Below are positions 1 through 12,109 of a stretch of DNA of 64,000 nt, piece after piece; positions within the stretch are counted from its first letter, which is position 1; each line of letters starts with the position of its first letter. The DNA is from Chiloscyllium plagiosum (Eukaryota). The notes beneath the pieces are model-generated. The model saw nothing but the letters and a program-made list of their open reading frames with translations. It was not told the origin of the DNA and did not search any database. The stretch covers positions 6,940,273-7,004,272 of the forward strand of contig NC_057753.1 in assembly GCF_004010195.1 (NCBI RefSeq), given 5' to 3'. The position numbers and the translations under genes are program-made.

Positions 1-731
1 GTAAAGGGGCAGTACAGAGGGATCTGGGTGTTCTTGTACACCAGTCAATAAAGGCAAGCATGCAGGTACTGCAGGTAGTGAAGTAGGCTCATAGCATGCT
101 GGCCTTCATAACAAGAGGAATTGAGTATAGAAGCAAAGAGGTGCTTTTGCAGCTGTACAGGGCCCTGGTGAGACCACACCTGGAGTACTGCGTGCAGTTC
201 TGGTCTCCAAATTTGAGGAAAGACATTCTGCCTATTGAGGGAGTGCAGCATCGGTTCACGAGGTCAATTCCTGGAATGGCGGGATTACCTTACACTGAAA
301 GACTGAAGCGACTGGGCTTGTATACCCTTGAGTTTAGAAGACTGAGAGGGGATCTGATTGAGACATATAAGATTATGAAACGATTGGACACTCTGGCAGT
401 AGGAAACATGTTCCCGCTGATGCGTGAGTGCCGAACCAGAGGACACAGTTTAAAAATACGGGGTAGACCATTTAGGACTGAGATGAGGAGAGACTTCTTC
501 ACCCAGAGAGTGGTGGCTGTGTGGAACGCTCTGCCCCAGAGGACAGTGGAGGCCCTGTCTCTGGATTCATTTAAGAAAGAGTTGGATCGAGCTCTCAAAG
601 ATAGCGGAATCAAGGATTATAGAGCTAAGGCAGGAAACGGATACTGATTAGGAATGATCAGCCATGATCATATTGAATGGCGGTGCAAGCTCGAAGGGCT
701 GAAAGGCCTACTCCTGCACCTATTGTCTATT
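1..731 (+). mobile_element. CR1 LINE 3' end (ORF2 C-terminus and 3' tail)
   Basis: ORF 96-647 has the CR1 ORF2 C-terminal motifs LYRALVRPHLEYCVQFWSP, RRLRGDLIETYKI, TRGHSLK, FFTQRVV..WNALP; it ends in the tail GGCCTACTCCTGCACCTATTGTCTATT. Confidence 0.95.
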
Positions 732-736
732 AACTT

Positions 737-1208
737 CATTGAGGCAATCATCTAACCACATGAAACACCAGCGAGTCCACACTAGGGAGAGACCCTTTAC
801 CTGCAATGAGCGTGGAAAAGGATTCACTCAGTCATCCCACCTTCTCAAGCACCAGCTAGTTCACAATGATAAGAGATTTTTTTTTAATGTTTGGACTGTG
901 GGAAATGCTTTAAAAGTTCCAAGAAGCGAATCCACCGCTACCATGTTCACACTGAGGAGAGAGCATTTGCATGCCCAGACAGCGGACAGTGCTTTAAAAG
1001 TTCAGGGGAACTAATGTGGCATTGACATGTTCACACTGAGGAGAGAGCATTCAGATGTTATCACTGCGGGGCTGCTTTTAAGCGATCATCTGACTGCATT
1101 GTACACCAGCGAATTCACACTAGAGAGAGACCATTCTCCTACATGGAGTGTGGGAAGGGATTCACTCACTCATTCAACCTGCTGAGACACTGGCGTGTTC
1201 ACAAGTGA
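737..1208 (+). pseudogene. Degenerate tandem C2H2 zinc-finger gene fragment (about 5-6 fingers)
   Basis: Repeated HQRVHTRERPFTC / GKGFTQSSHLLKHQ / CGKCFKS / [11 protein letters not shown] units; frameshift in a T run near 876-885, lost Cys/His residues and an internal TGA; terminal CAC AAG TGA at 1200-1208. Confidence 0.85.
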
Positions 1209-1704
1209 CTATGTGCTGAATTTTGCTGCTAACCACATAATGGTAACAACCATGTTCATTGTGTCTGTTGATATTGATAACATCCAGTCTGTGTTTATAT
1301 GTATAGCCTGAGTAAACGTCAAATATATCAGCTCTGTGTCAGTTTGTTAAATGCTCACAACAGTTCACTTTGAAAGGCTCTCCCTCTCCCCGTCACCTCC
1401 ATCCTCACCTCCATCAAGTGAGAGGAACTCATGGAGCTTCTTTGTCATGACATTGAGACAATCCAATCTTCTGTTTCTGTTGACAGGTGTATTTATTTAG
1501 TGTTATGTGTACTTTGTTACGAGTACTGCTCCACTCTCTGGCACCACCTTAGATTCCTGGAGATGTCCAGCATAGAAACAGACTAGCGGTGCAATTGTCC
1601 ATGTTAGCTAAATATTTTCCGTTAATCTTGTTCCGTTTGCCAGCATTTGTCTCAAATTCTAATAAACCTTTTCTATTCGTGTATCCATGCAGATGTCTGT
1701 TAAA

Positions 1705-2380
1705 TGTTAAAAATCGCATAATACCTGGTTATAGTCCGACAGATTTATTTGGAAAAGCAAGCTTCTGGAGTGCCGCTCCTTCATCAGGCAGCATAGGATC
1801 ATAGGACAGAGAATTTATAGTAAAAGATCATAGTGTCATACAATTGATGCATTCTATTGAACAAACCTAGATTGCTGGTAAGTCTTTTATTTTTTAAAAT
1901 GAGTTGCAGGTTTTGATTGATTGATATGTAAATCATATAACTTCTTCAAGTCACATGCTCGAGATAGCTTAATGTTTTATAAAAAACAAAAGTGACATCT
2001 GAGCTCAGGCAATTCGTTAAAGTTGTAAGGTTAGCATTTGAATTTATTCCATATAAATTATTGGGTTAGATTGGTTCTATTCCCAGAGTTGATGTTGTCC
2101 TGAAGGCTGGGCAGTTTGCTGCAAATAATTGTCTGTTTACGGCTTGGCTGTTGTTTCAAGACGAAAAGTGGAGGCCTAGGGTACGTCTTTTGCTATACGT
2201 TTTGTTTTCTATGATCCTACTCCACTAGCTATCTTACAAAGTTGCAGCATTTTGAAAGCTTGAACTTTCAAATAGACCTGTGGGACTATAACCTGGTGAT
2301 GTGTGTTTTTTTTTAACTTTGTCAACCCCTGTCCAATTCCGGTGCATTCACATCAGGGCTACCATCGACACTTAAATGTT
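1705..2380. mobile_element. Penelope-like element terminal remnants (opposed orientations)
   Basis: ACCTGGTTATAGTCCGACAG..CCTTCATCAGG (reverse of the Penelope terminus at 25800-25899) and CCTGTGGGACTATAACCTGGTGATGTGTG..TTTAACTTTGT (forward terminus); short minus-strand ORF relic near 2090-2170. Confidence 0.65.
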
Positions 2381-3999
2381 GTAAGTGTGCCAGCTTCCAC
2401 GACCTCCACTTGGAAGCACTGTCCACACACGCAGCACTCTCCACATGAAAAAGGAAAATGATGTATGTATGGAGTGGCTGCTGGGGAATTGTTGGAGGTT
2501 GGCTGAAACACTGAAAAATAATGCATAGAATATAAAGGCAGAAAGTAAATAAAGTTTACAGTCCTTCTTGTTCAGTGCTCAGCCATGGCTTGATCAAGAC
2601 TCCGTCACCCGATGCTGAGACCATCACCAGTATGAAACAGTTGGCCAGCCTCGAGTCCCTTCGCTGCTACCGGAATAATAGTGGCCATTCTCTGTACCTC
2701 TTGCCTCCAAACAGACCACCGAAAGCATCAAATCTCTTTGGACCAATTTCACCGATGCTGCTGCCATAAATGCTTCCAGGTCCCATACAAAGACCCAATC
2801 TCACCTCTGCCACTGTTGACATAAGTCTGTACTGGACCAGGTTATTCACAAATAGTTAATTAAAGAATAAAACATTGAAAAGAAGAGAACAGTAATAAGA
2901 AGAGGAGATGGAACAATCAAACCCCTTGCCCTAGAGGCCAACAGTGCGACTGTTATTGAGGTTAATTATTCTGCCTCGTTTCCCTCTGGCACCATCGCAG
3001 TCCAGCTCCCCCATCCCACCCCGAGCAAGCTAATCATCCATATCAGACTTCCCTTCCAAGATCACGGCACAATAGAATGCTTCAGTCGGAGCTCATCTCC
3101 TCGCCAGTTCATTTTTTCTCCTCTTTGTAGCTTTTGTTCTTCTGCCCCTACCCCAAACTTTAGACTACCCTATCCTGTCTGGGAATGAGGCCGTTGGAGA
3201 CGTGTGGCATCTGCAGGCTGGGTGGGAGCAGCGCCTGTCCGGGCCATGGAGCAGCAGCAGCTTGTGAGGGCTGGTTCCTGGGCCAAGACCCGGAGCGACA
3301 GTGGAATGGACCGGAGCCGGATGGAGGCTGGCCCATGATGGAAGTGTTCTGAGGCCAGTAGGCATGGACTCACGATGGATGGAGACTAGAACTAAAGCAC
3401 TCTATAGCCATTTTTATTATTATTCTGGAGTTCCCATGCTAAGCTATTTTTGTTTTTACACTGTAACAACACTTAATTTATCTGTGACTAGGACATGGCA
3501 GAGGAGGCAAATAAATACATTGCATTAGTCTTTACAGAAGTGGACAATAGCTTGCAAAAAATGGAAAAGAATGAGGAAATAAAATGAGGAAATGAAATAA
3601 GTATAATAATTATTACGAAAGAAAAGTGGAATTTAATGGGAGAAAAACTGATCAATCCCCTTAACAAGGCAGGATGTATAGGAAGCAGCTTCCCCTATAA
3701 TATGTGCACTGATGGAAATGTTCCCAGAAACCTAATATTGTGACAAAAAATCTGTTACTCAGGTTTGAATATGTGCAAATCTAACAAGTTTAAAGCCATC
3801 ATCAGACCAACTTGTTCAACGTCTCTCATTATGAAAATATTCGATTCTATCACAAAAGATGGAATGACAAAGCATTTAGAATTACAAAATTGAACTAGCA
3901 GAATGAAAAAAGACATCGTTAAGGGGAAATGATTCATGAAAAACGTATTAGCGTTCTTTGACATAGTAAAAAGCAGGATAAATAAAGGGGAAGCAGTAA

Positions 4000-5425
4000 A
4001 CTGCCATAAATGCTGTTGGCTGCGAATCTTATCAGATCGAACGGATCAGTTGGAGAGACAGATAGAAGAAATGAGGAATTTCCAACATTAACAGTATGTG
4101 GTGGATGGCAGTTATAGGAAGGGGGGGGGGGGGAATGTCTCAGTTACAGTCACATAGATGGGTTAACTCCAGGAAAGGTAAGAGAGGTAGGCAGCTAGTG
4201 AAGGAGTATTTTGTGTGTATTCCAATTTCAAACACGTGTGCTGTTTTGGAAAATGTCGGGCGTGATGGATTCTCAGGGTAACGTAGCACGAACAGTCACG
4301 TTTATAGTATAGAGACTGTCTCTAATGCAACGATGGGTACGTCGGGTTCCAAGAGATCAATTGTGTTTGGGGATTCTCAAGTCCAAGGTACAGACAGACG
4401 TTTCTGTGGCGAGCAGCGACAAACCAGAATGGTGTGTTGCTCCCTAGTGCCAGGATCAAGGGTGTCTCAGGGAGGGTGTAGAATGTTCTCATGGGGGAGA
4501 GGGGTCAGCAAGAGGTCATTGTTCACATTGGAATCAACGACATAGGAAGGGAAAAGATTGATATTCGGAAGGGAGATTACAGAGAGTTAGGCAGAAATTT
4601 TAAAAAGGGGTCCTCGAGAGTAGTAATATCTGGATTACCCCTGGTGCTATGAGCTAGTGAGGGCATAAATAGAAGGATAGAGCAGATGAATGTATGGTTG
4701 GGGAGCTGGTGTATGGGAGAAGGATTCATATTTTTGGATAATTGGAATCTCTTTTTGGGTAGAAGTGACTTGTACAAGAAGGACGGATTGCACCTAAATT
4801 GGAAGGGGACTAGTACACTGGCAGGGAACTTTGCTCGAGCTGCTTGGGAGGATATTAAATAATAAGGTGGGGAGGGGTGGGACCTAGTGAGATAGTGAGG
4901 AAAGAGATCAATCTCAGACTGGTACAGTTGAGAACAGAAGCACGTCAAACAGTCAGGGCAGGCCGGGACAAGGTAGGACTAGTAAATTAAACTGCATTTA
5001 TTTCAATGCAACGGGCCTAACAGGGAAGGCAGATGAACTCAGGGCAAGGTTAGACGGGCCTAACAGGGAAGGCAGATGAACTCAGGGCAAGGTTAGGCAC
5101 ATGGAACTGGGATATCATAGCAATTACAGAAACATGGCTCAGGGATGGGCAGGACTGGCAGCTGAATGTTCCAGGATACAAATGCTACAGGAAGGATAGA
5201 AACGGAGGCACGAGATGAAGGAAATGGCATTTTTGATAAGGGATAGCATTACAGCTATACCGAGGGAGGATATTCCTGGAAGTACATCCTAGGAAATTAT
5301 TTGGGTGGAACTGAGAAATTAGAAAGGGATGATAACCTTATTGGGATTGTATTATAGACCCCATAATAGTCAGAGTGAAATTGAGAAACAAACTTGTAAG
5401 GAAATCTCAGCTATTGTAAGAATAA
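4000..5425 (+). mobile_element. CR1 ORF1 (SGNH esterase) and start of ORF2 endonuclease, degenerate
   Basis: SIVFGDSQVQGTDRRFCG, VIVHIGIND, DGLHLNWKG motifs, then CIYFNA..KADEL, IIAITETWL, LYYRP; 43-bp tandem duplication 5011-5053/5054-5096. Confidence 0.85.
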
Positions 5426-7197
5426 TAGAAACAAAGGAAAACAAATATAACTTAGAGCCCAGGAACTGGTTCTTCGGCCCTCCAAGCCTGAGCCGATCCA
5501 AATGTACTGTCTAAACCTGTTGGTCAATACTTAAGCATCTGTATCTCTCTGCTCCCCACCTACTCATGCATTTGTCCAGACTCATCTTAAATGAATCTAC
5601 CGTGCCTGCCTCCACCACCTCTGCTGGCAACGCGTTCCAAAGGCCCACTACCCTCTGTGTGAGGTAATTACCGCGTGTATACCCCTTAAACTTCCCACCT
5701 CTCACCTTGAAAGCGTGACGTGTCGTTATTGAATTCTTCACCCTGGTAAAAAAAACTTGTCTCTATCCACCCTGTCTCTTCCCTTCAAGATTTTGTAAAC
5801 CTCAATCAGGTCCACCCTCAATCTCCTTTTTTCTAATGATAATAAACCTAACCTACTCAGCCTTTCTTCATAGCTAGCACCTTCCATACCAGGTAACATC
5901 CTCGTAAACCTTCTCTGCACCCTCTCCAAAGCGTCCACATCCTTAAGGCAATGTGGCACCCAGAACTGTACACTGTATTCTAAATGCGTCTGAACCAATG
6001 TCTTGTACAATTTTAACATGACATGCCAGCTCTTATATTCAATGCCCCGTTCAATGAAGGCAAGCATACTTTTTTGCCCTCTTGACCAATCTATCCACCT
6101 GTGCAACAACCTTCAGAGTAAAATGAACCTGCACTCCCAGATGTCTCTGCCCAATAACTTTTCCCAAGGCTCTTCTGTTCATTGTGTAATTCGCTCTCTA
6201 ATTAGTCTTCCCTAAGTGCATCACCTCACAGTTTTCTATATTGAAAATCATCTGCCTCCTTTGCACCCAATTCTCCAGTCTATCTATATTCTCGTGTATT
6301 CTCTGACAGTCCCTTAAGCATTCTGCTACTCTACAAATCTACGTGTCATTTGCAAACGTGCTGACCATACCAATAGTGCCCACTTCTAGATTATTTATGT
6401 GTATGACAAACAACAGTGGTCCCAAAACTGACCACTGTGGAACACCACTGGTCACCTTTCTCTATTATGAGAAACTCCCTTCAACTACTGCTGTCTGTCT
6501 CCGGTTGCTCAACAGGTTCTTTATCCACCTAGCTAGAACACCCTGCACACCGTGTGACTTCACTTTCTCCATTAGTCCATGGGAAACCTTATCAAACGCC
6601 TTACTAAAGTCCATGTATATGACATCAACAGCCCTTCCTTCATCTATCGACTTGGTCGCTTCCTCGAACAACTCTATTAAGTTAGCACGGCACGGTAACC
6701 CCCGCACAAAACCATGTTGCCTATTACGGATAAGCCCATTCCTTTCTAAATATAAATACATCCTATCTCTCAGTAACTTCTCCAGCAACTTTCCTACCAC
6801 TGATGTCAGGCTCACTGGTCTGTAGTTCCCTGGAATATCCCTACTACGCTTATTGCACAGGGGAAACATAAGCAACGCTCCAATTCTCCAGCATCTCAGC
6901 TGTATTTAAGGATGCCACAAAGATATCTGTCAGGGCCCCAGCTATTTCCTCTCACCTCCCTCGGCAACCTGGGATAGATCCCATCCGGTCCTGGGGATTT
7001 ATCCACCTTAATAACCTTTAGCCTACCCAACACATCTTCCCTACTTACGTCAACGTGATCCAGACTAAACAAACATCTATCTGCAATCTCAACATTCATC
7101 ATGTTCCTCTCCTCAGTGAACAACGACGTAAAATAATCATTCAGAATCCCATCCATTTTCTCAGGTTCGACACACAGCCTTCCTTCGTTATCCTTTT
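5426..7197 (-). mobile_element. 5'-truncated CR1 LINE, ORF2 RT and C-terminus, frameshifted
   Basis: Minus ORFs with KSPGPDGIYPR, PGNYRPVSLTSVVGKLLE, QHGF, DVIYMDFSKAFDKV, HLEYSVQFW, RRLRVDLIEVYK. Confidence 0.95.
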
Positions 7198-8139
7198 GAA
7201 GTTTGAAGCGATTTGGGCCTGGTGCTGACAGTTGAGGCTAGATTGGGTTGCGATATCTGGTTGGCATGGACGGGTTGTACTGAAGGGTCTCTTTCCATTC
7301 TGGACATCTCTATGACTCCATGACTCTAAACGAAATAAACTTCGATTTTTAGATTGTGCTTAATAAGAAATAAGACATTATTCTCCTGAAGACGATCTGA
7401 GCCTATATAGTTGGATGGATTATTTTTGCATGGATAGCTGACTGGCTGAGCAAAAGAAAATGGCCAGCTGGGATGCGGAGGTCTTTTTCTGAATTGCAAC
7501 ATGTAACTAGTGGTGTGGCAAAACTATGAGTGCTAGGCCATAATTATACCCAATAGACACAACTTGGATTATGAAAGTGGATATACTCTTGTGAAATTTT
7601 TGCAAGACGCAATAAAAAAGAATTGTTGTGAGAATATTATGAAGACACCTCAAAAGCACATTGACAGGTTAAGCCAAAAATAAACTTGACACCGGAATAT
7701 AATGTGGAGAAATGGAAAATTATGGTTAGTGTCACTTTGGGAGGAAGTCTAGTGGAAGCAAATGTTAATTAAAGTGAGAAAGATGACAGAAACCCGCAGT
7801 AAAGATGAATTTGTGAGTTGTCACCCATTAAAAACACACACGAAAAAACCTCACCTTTGATTGCAGCGGATATCATGGAAGGCAAATTAAATAGTGCTCT
7901 ATATTTTAAAGGAAATGGGCTATAAAATTAAATAGGCTTTACTAAATGTATAAGACTCCAATTAAGCCAAATAAGGAATACTGTAAATAATGTTGAGCCT
8001 TTTGTATTTGGGAATATATATTGGCTTTGAAGGCAGTCCAGAAAATGTTCACTCGCTGAATAGCAGATGTAAAGCATCCAAACATTGAGGAGAGTTTGGC
8101 CTTTATCCTTTGTAATTGGTAGATTGAGAGGAGTTGAAA

Positions 8140-8463
8140 TAGAACATAGAACATAGAACAGCACAGCACAAAACAGGCCCTTCAGGCCACGATATTGTGC
8201 CGACCACTGATCCTTATGTATGCACCCTCAAATTTCTGTGACCATATGCATGTCCAGGAGTCTCTTAAATGTCCCCAATGACCTTGCTTCCACAACTGCT
8301 GCTGGCAACGCATTCCATGGTCTCACAACTCTCTTTGTAATGAACCTGCCTCTGACATCCCCTCTATACTTTCCTCCAACCAGCTTAAAACTATGATCCC
8401 TCGTGTTAATCATTTCTGCCATGGGAAATATTTTCTGGCTATCGACTCTATCCATGCCTCTCA
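8140..8463 (-). mobile_element. Short CR1 3' fragment with (TAGAACA)n tail
   Basis: ORF 8228-8527 segment GMDRVDSQKIFP..TRDHSFK..WNALP; tail repeat TAGAACATAGAACATAGAACA. Confidence 0.9.
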
Positions 8464-9469
8464 GTGAAATATATACGATCATCGAAGGACTTGATTTAAT
8501 ATATGCAGAAAGGTTTTTGTTTCCCACGTGAGATTTCCGAGAGTCCGATACAATAATCTGAAAATAATTGTTCTAATCTGTGCAACAAAAATGAGGTGGG
8601 TATTCACTCTGTCCGAAGGTGGTGAATATGTTGAGTTGTTTTCTGCACAGGGCTGAAGTAGTTGATTTTTTGCTTATATTGAGAACATGGTTCACATCAG
8701 TACTGGAATCACGTGTTCTGGTGGTGGTAGCTTCACAATGCAGTTGAGAATGATCAGGTTCGATGCAATCTCATTGAATAGCGGATCAAACTCAATGAAG
8801 GGAATGGTCGACATCTGCTCACATGTATTGTGTCCCAGTGATTGTCTTAAATCAATGGTAGAATGAACGGGAAGAACTAAAATCATGTGATTATGTTCTG
8901 AAATAATGTACCCGAGAATTCAGTGAAACCATATGCAAACACAAAACAACTAATGAGTAAACAAAATAAAACATGAATGACGAGGAGACAGAAAAGTAGA
9001 ATTATCTGAGATATTTTTTAAATGAGTGGGCATCGACAAGACATGGTTAAAAAAATGTTGAATTTTTTATAAATACAAGAATTATCATACACATTTACTG
9101 CATATAAAATGGGCAGTTACTGAGAATAGAAGACCTGCATTTAATTGTTGGAACAGTGAAGAGCATGAATGAGACCTGGTGGCAGGTGTCAAAATGTGCA
9201 TTTCCAATCCTATGAATGCCATTCCAAATACTTTTAGTTACTTATTGCATTGAGACTTACAGTTTTGTTTGTGTGGTGGGACTAATTTATTCTTGGTGGT
9301 TCAGTCAAATAAAAACGCTTACGTAATTTGTTTGTTCAAAATGAAGGAAATCACTTCGTGCATTTCCGTGGAGATTCTAAAGGATATATAATGAATGACC
9401 GTTAACCATCTATTAGAATTCACTTCCGCTTGTTTTATCACAATCAATTAGATTGGATTCATTCAGAAC

Positions 9470-12048
9470 ATGCTTCAAACAATTCTACGGGTAGAGAAAA
9501 TTTACTATGTGCTCCTCGCTATATTTGCTATTCCTGGTAAGTGTCTTTAATCAATAAATTAACATAAATCTTTGTAGTTCACTGCTGTATTGTAAATGGT
9601 AATATTACATGCCATCGATTGGTCACAGCTATGCATATTTCCAATCAATAATATGTCTGCACTACTGAATTTGACGTGTTGTCGATGCAAAGTTAATCTT
9701 TTGTCTCTATTGCTTCGACCAAACAGGAAATTTGTGCCACAAGGTAAATTTCTCTTTTGCTGAATAAGACATTAAAACAGGAAAATTTATCATTGGACAT
9801 AATACTTGGTACATCTCGTAGTCTGGAATTATGTAAGTGCGGTCACAGAAGCTGATGACAGAATTACAGTGATCATAAATTATGGGGAGTAATTAACATC
9901 CTCGAAACGCATTTAGTATGTGCTGAGCCACATGACACCACGAACCATATATTTTGTGAAACACCCCTCGTTGTAAAATCATATTCGAACTGGAACATCA
10001 TCTGACCCTGATTCTAAGTAAATTGATTGGCACACATTTTGTGACTTACCAAATTTTCCAAAAACAATCATTTGAATTACTTGGTCACGAGTGCACATTG
10101 CTTAAAAGTATTACACTTCTGAATTATGGAAGAATTTCTCACAAATGTGATCTTTTACCACACACGTTAATTATAAAATAGAACAGGAATTGAAGATAGG
10201 CCAAACCGGATGACTTTCCTCTTCCCATTCTATCAGAGAACTCTCCATTCCAGATCGTTTAAATCTATTCCTATTTTCTCCAGTTCTTGTCCTCCACATG
10301 TACCTATGTCATTTTCTATTAAATGATCTTTCTAAGCAACGATTCCCAGCAATAATTCCGCATTCTGACTGTTCTTAGACTATTATTCCTTAAATTATTT
10401 CGTGAATTTATTGAGGATTGCTTCGTACTGATGACACTTAGAATTGAACGGCATCACAAGTGGAGATATTTCCAGAATGTTTTCAATTTCGAACTCCTTT
10501 ATAATGTAGACATCATTATTTGAAACACCTTCTGCCTACTCGCATCCACAACAAAGATGTTACATTATTTACCAATAATGATAGTCCACAACTTATAATT
10601 CTATTTTTAAAAATTGATTGTCCGTCTGTTCAAAACACTGAATTTTCTCCCCTCATTTACATAGATCATGCCAAGTGTTTTGTAGACATACTTCTGTACA
10701 ACTTCAAAGGACTACTCTTCCCAAAAGATAATTTTGCGGAAATAAGAAAGCCGTGATCTTATTTGCATCGTCTATTTCCAAATTCTTTTTAAAGTAATAC
10801 TTTCTTACACATTTTTCGGAGGCAAATGAGAGTCTTGTACCTGAGCCCAAGACTGTCGCGTGTCTGCTAATCCTTGGTGTTGGTGGGATGAAACCAGTTA
10901 AAAACGCTTAAATGTGTCAGTCAATCCTGACCGACACAGGTCCAGTGCTAAAATCCAAACAAATGGTCTTAAATGTGCTAATCTTTTTTTCCTATTGTTC
11001 ATCTTACAGTGAATATCATGACAGTTGTGATTCTTTCCCAGAGAAAGTGTGGACTCTCCACTTGTACCACATACTATCTGACGGCTATGGCAACGTCTGA
11101 TCTACTGATCATTGTTACTGAAGTCATATTCCGCCGTGTCAATTATCATTATTTCCCAGTAAATTTTCTGAACATCACACCTGTGTGCACGGGTATCTAT
11201 GTCCTGCTTCGAGCAGCTTTAGACTGTTCTGTTTGGTTTACCACTGCTTTCACTTTTGATCGATTTGTTTTCATTTGTTGTTCAAGACTGAAGACTAAAT
11301 ATTGCACCAAGAAAACTGCAGCTACGATTCTCGCAACAACTGTAATTCTGTTCTACCTGAAAAACATTCCAATCCACTTTAGATTTAAACCTGCCATGAT
11401 AATCAACAATATACCATGGTTCTGCTCGAATAAGTTGAGTTACAATACTGACCCGAGATGGATTGGATTTAGGATGTTCGAAAAGGTTTTAACACCAATG
11501 ATACCATTCTTTTTAATTCTGTTACTCAACTCTCTTACAGTCAGATTCATTTTCTTGGCCAGTCGAGCCCGTAAGGCACTGAAGTGTCAGAAGAAAGGAG
11601 GCGATCTCAGAGACACAGAAATGGAAAGCAGAAGAAATTCTGTGATTTTGTTGTGATACCATTCTTTTTAATTCTGTTACTCAACTCTCTTACAGTCAGA
11701 TTCATTTTCCTGGCCAGTCGAGCCCGTAAGGCACTGAAGTGTCAGAAGAAAGGAAGCGATCTCAGAGACACAGAAATGGAAAGCAGAAGAAATTCTGTGA
11801 TTTTGTTGTTCACAATATCAGGCAGTTTCACTCTTCTATGGTTGGTTTATGTTCTGTATATTTTTGGTGTCTTTCGCGCCATTGATCCATTCGGTATACG
11901 TATTCATGTCGCATACATGCTGCGGAACTTAAGTTGCTGTACAAACACATTTCTTTACGTGGCGACACAGTCCAAGTTCAGAAAACAGGTGAAGAGTCTC
12001 CTAATGTATCCAATTGCATCAGTTGTTGAACTATTCACAAAGCTTTAA
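9470..12048 (+). pseudogene. GPR139-like class A GPCR, gene A (exon 1 9470-9536, exon 2 11010-12048); disrupted as assembled by a 155-bp tandem duplication
   Basis: Exon 1 MLQTILRVEKIYYVLLAIFAIP ends G|GTAAG; acceptor TTACAG at 11004-11009 gives V-NIMTVVILSQRKCGLS; TM2 MATSDL, TM3 TFDRFV, TM5 IPF..LNSL, TM6 ILLFTISGSFTLLW, TM7 NTFLY, helix 8 SKFR. Removing one duplicate gives 951 nt = 316 aa plus stop. Confidence 0.9.
11500..11809 (+). repeat. 155-bp direct tandem duplication inside GPCR gene A
   Basis: GATACCATTC..TTTTGTTGT at 11500-11654 and 11655-11809; two mismatches seen (TTCTTGG/TTCCTGG, GGAGGC/GGAAGC). Confidence 0.97.
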
Positions 12049-12109
12049 AGCCCGACATGTGAAGACTTGGATTTCTTTTTCTGTTCTCAAGTCAAAACGG
12101 TAGAATTCG

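Larger units (their letters stand above)
3520..8830 (+). mobile_element. Old degenerate CR1 ORF2 relic, split by younger insertions (pieces at about 3520-4000, 7380-8140, 8464-8830)
   Basis: Collinear decayed ORF2 segments (region resembling YRPVSLT..HGF, RT core, GLDxxDAE and the 3' tail) interrupted at 4000-7330 and 8140-8463. Confidence 0.55.

Noticed and set aside
2860-3530. GC-richer block with overlapping short ORFs
   Set aside because: Probably a non-autonomous repeat, but no diagnostic termini or protein motifs could be confirmed.
5011-5096. 43-bp direct repeat pair, superficially array-like
   Set aside because: Simple tandem duplication within a CR1 with no spacer; eukaryotic context, not CRISPR.
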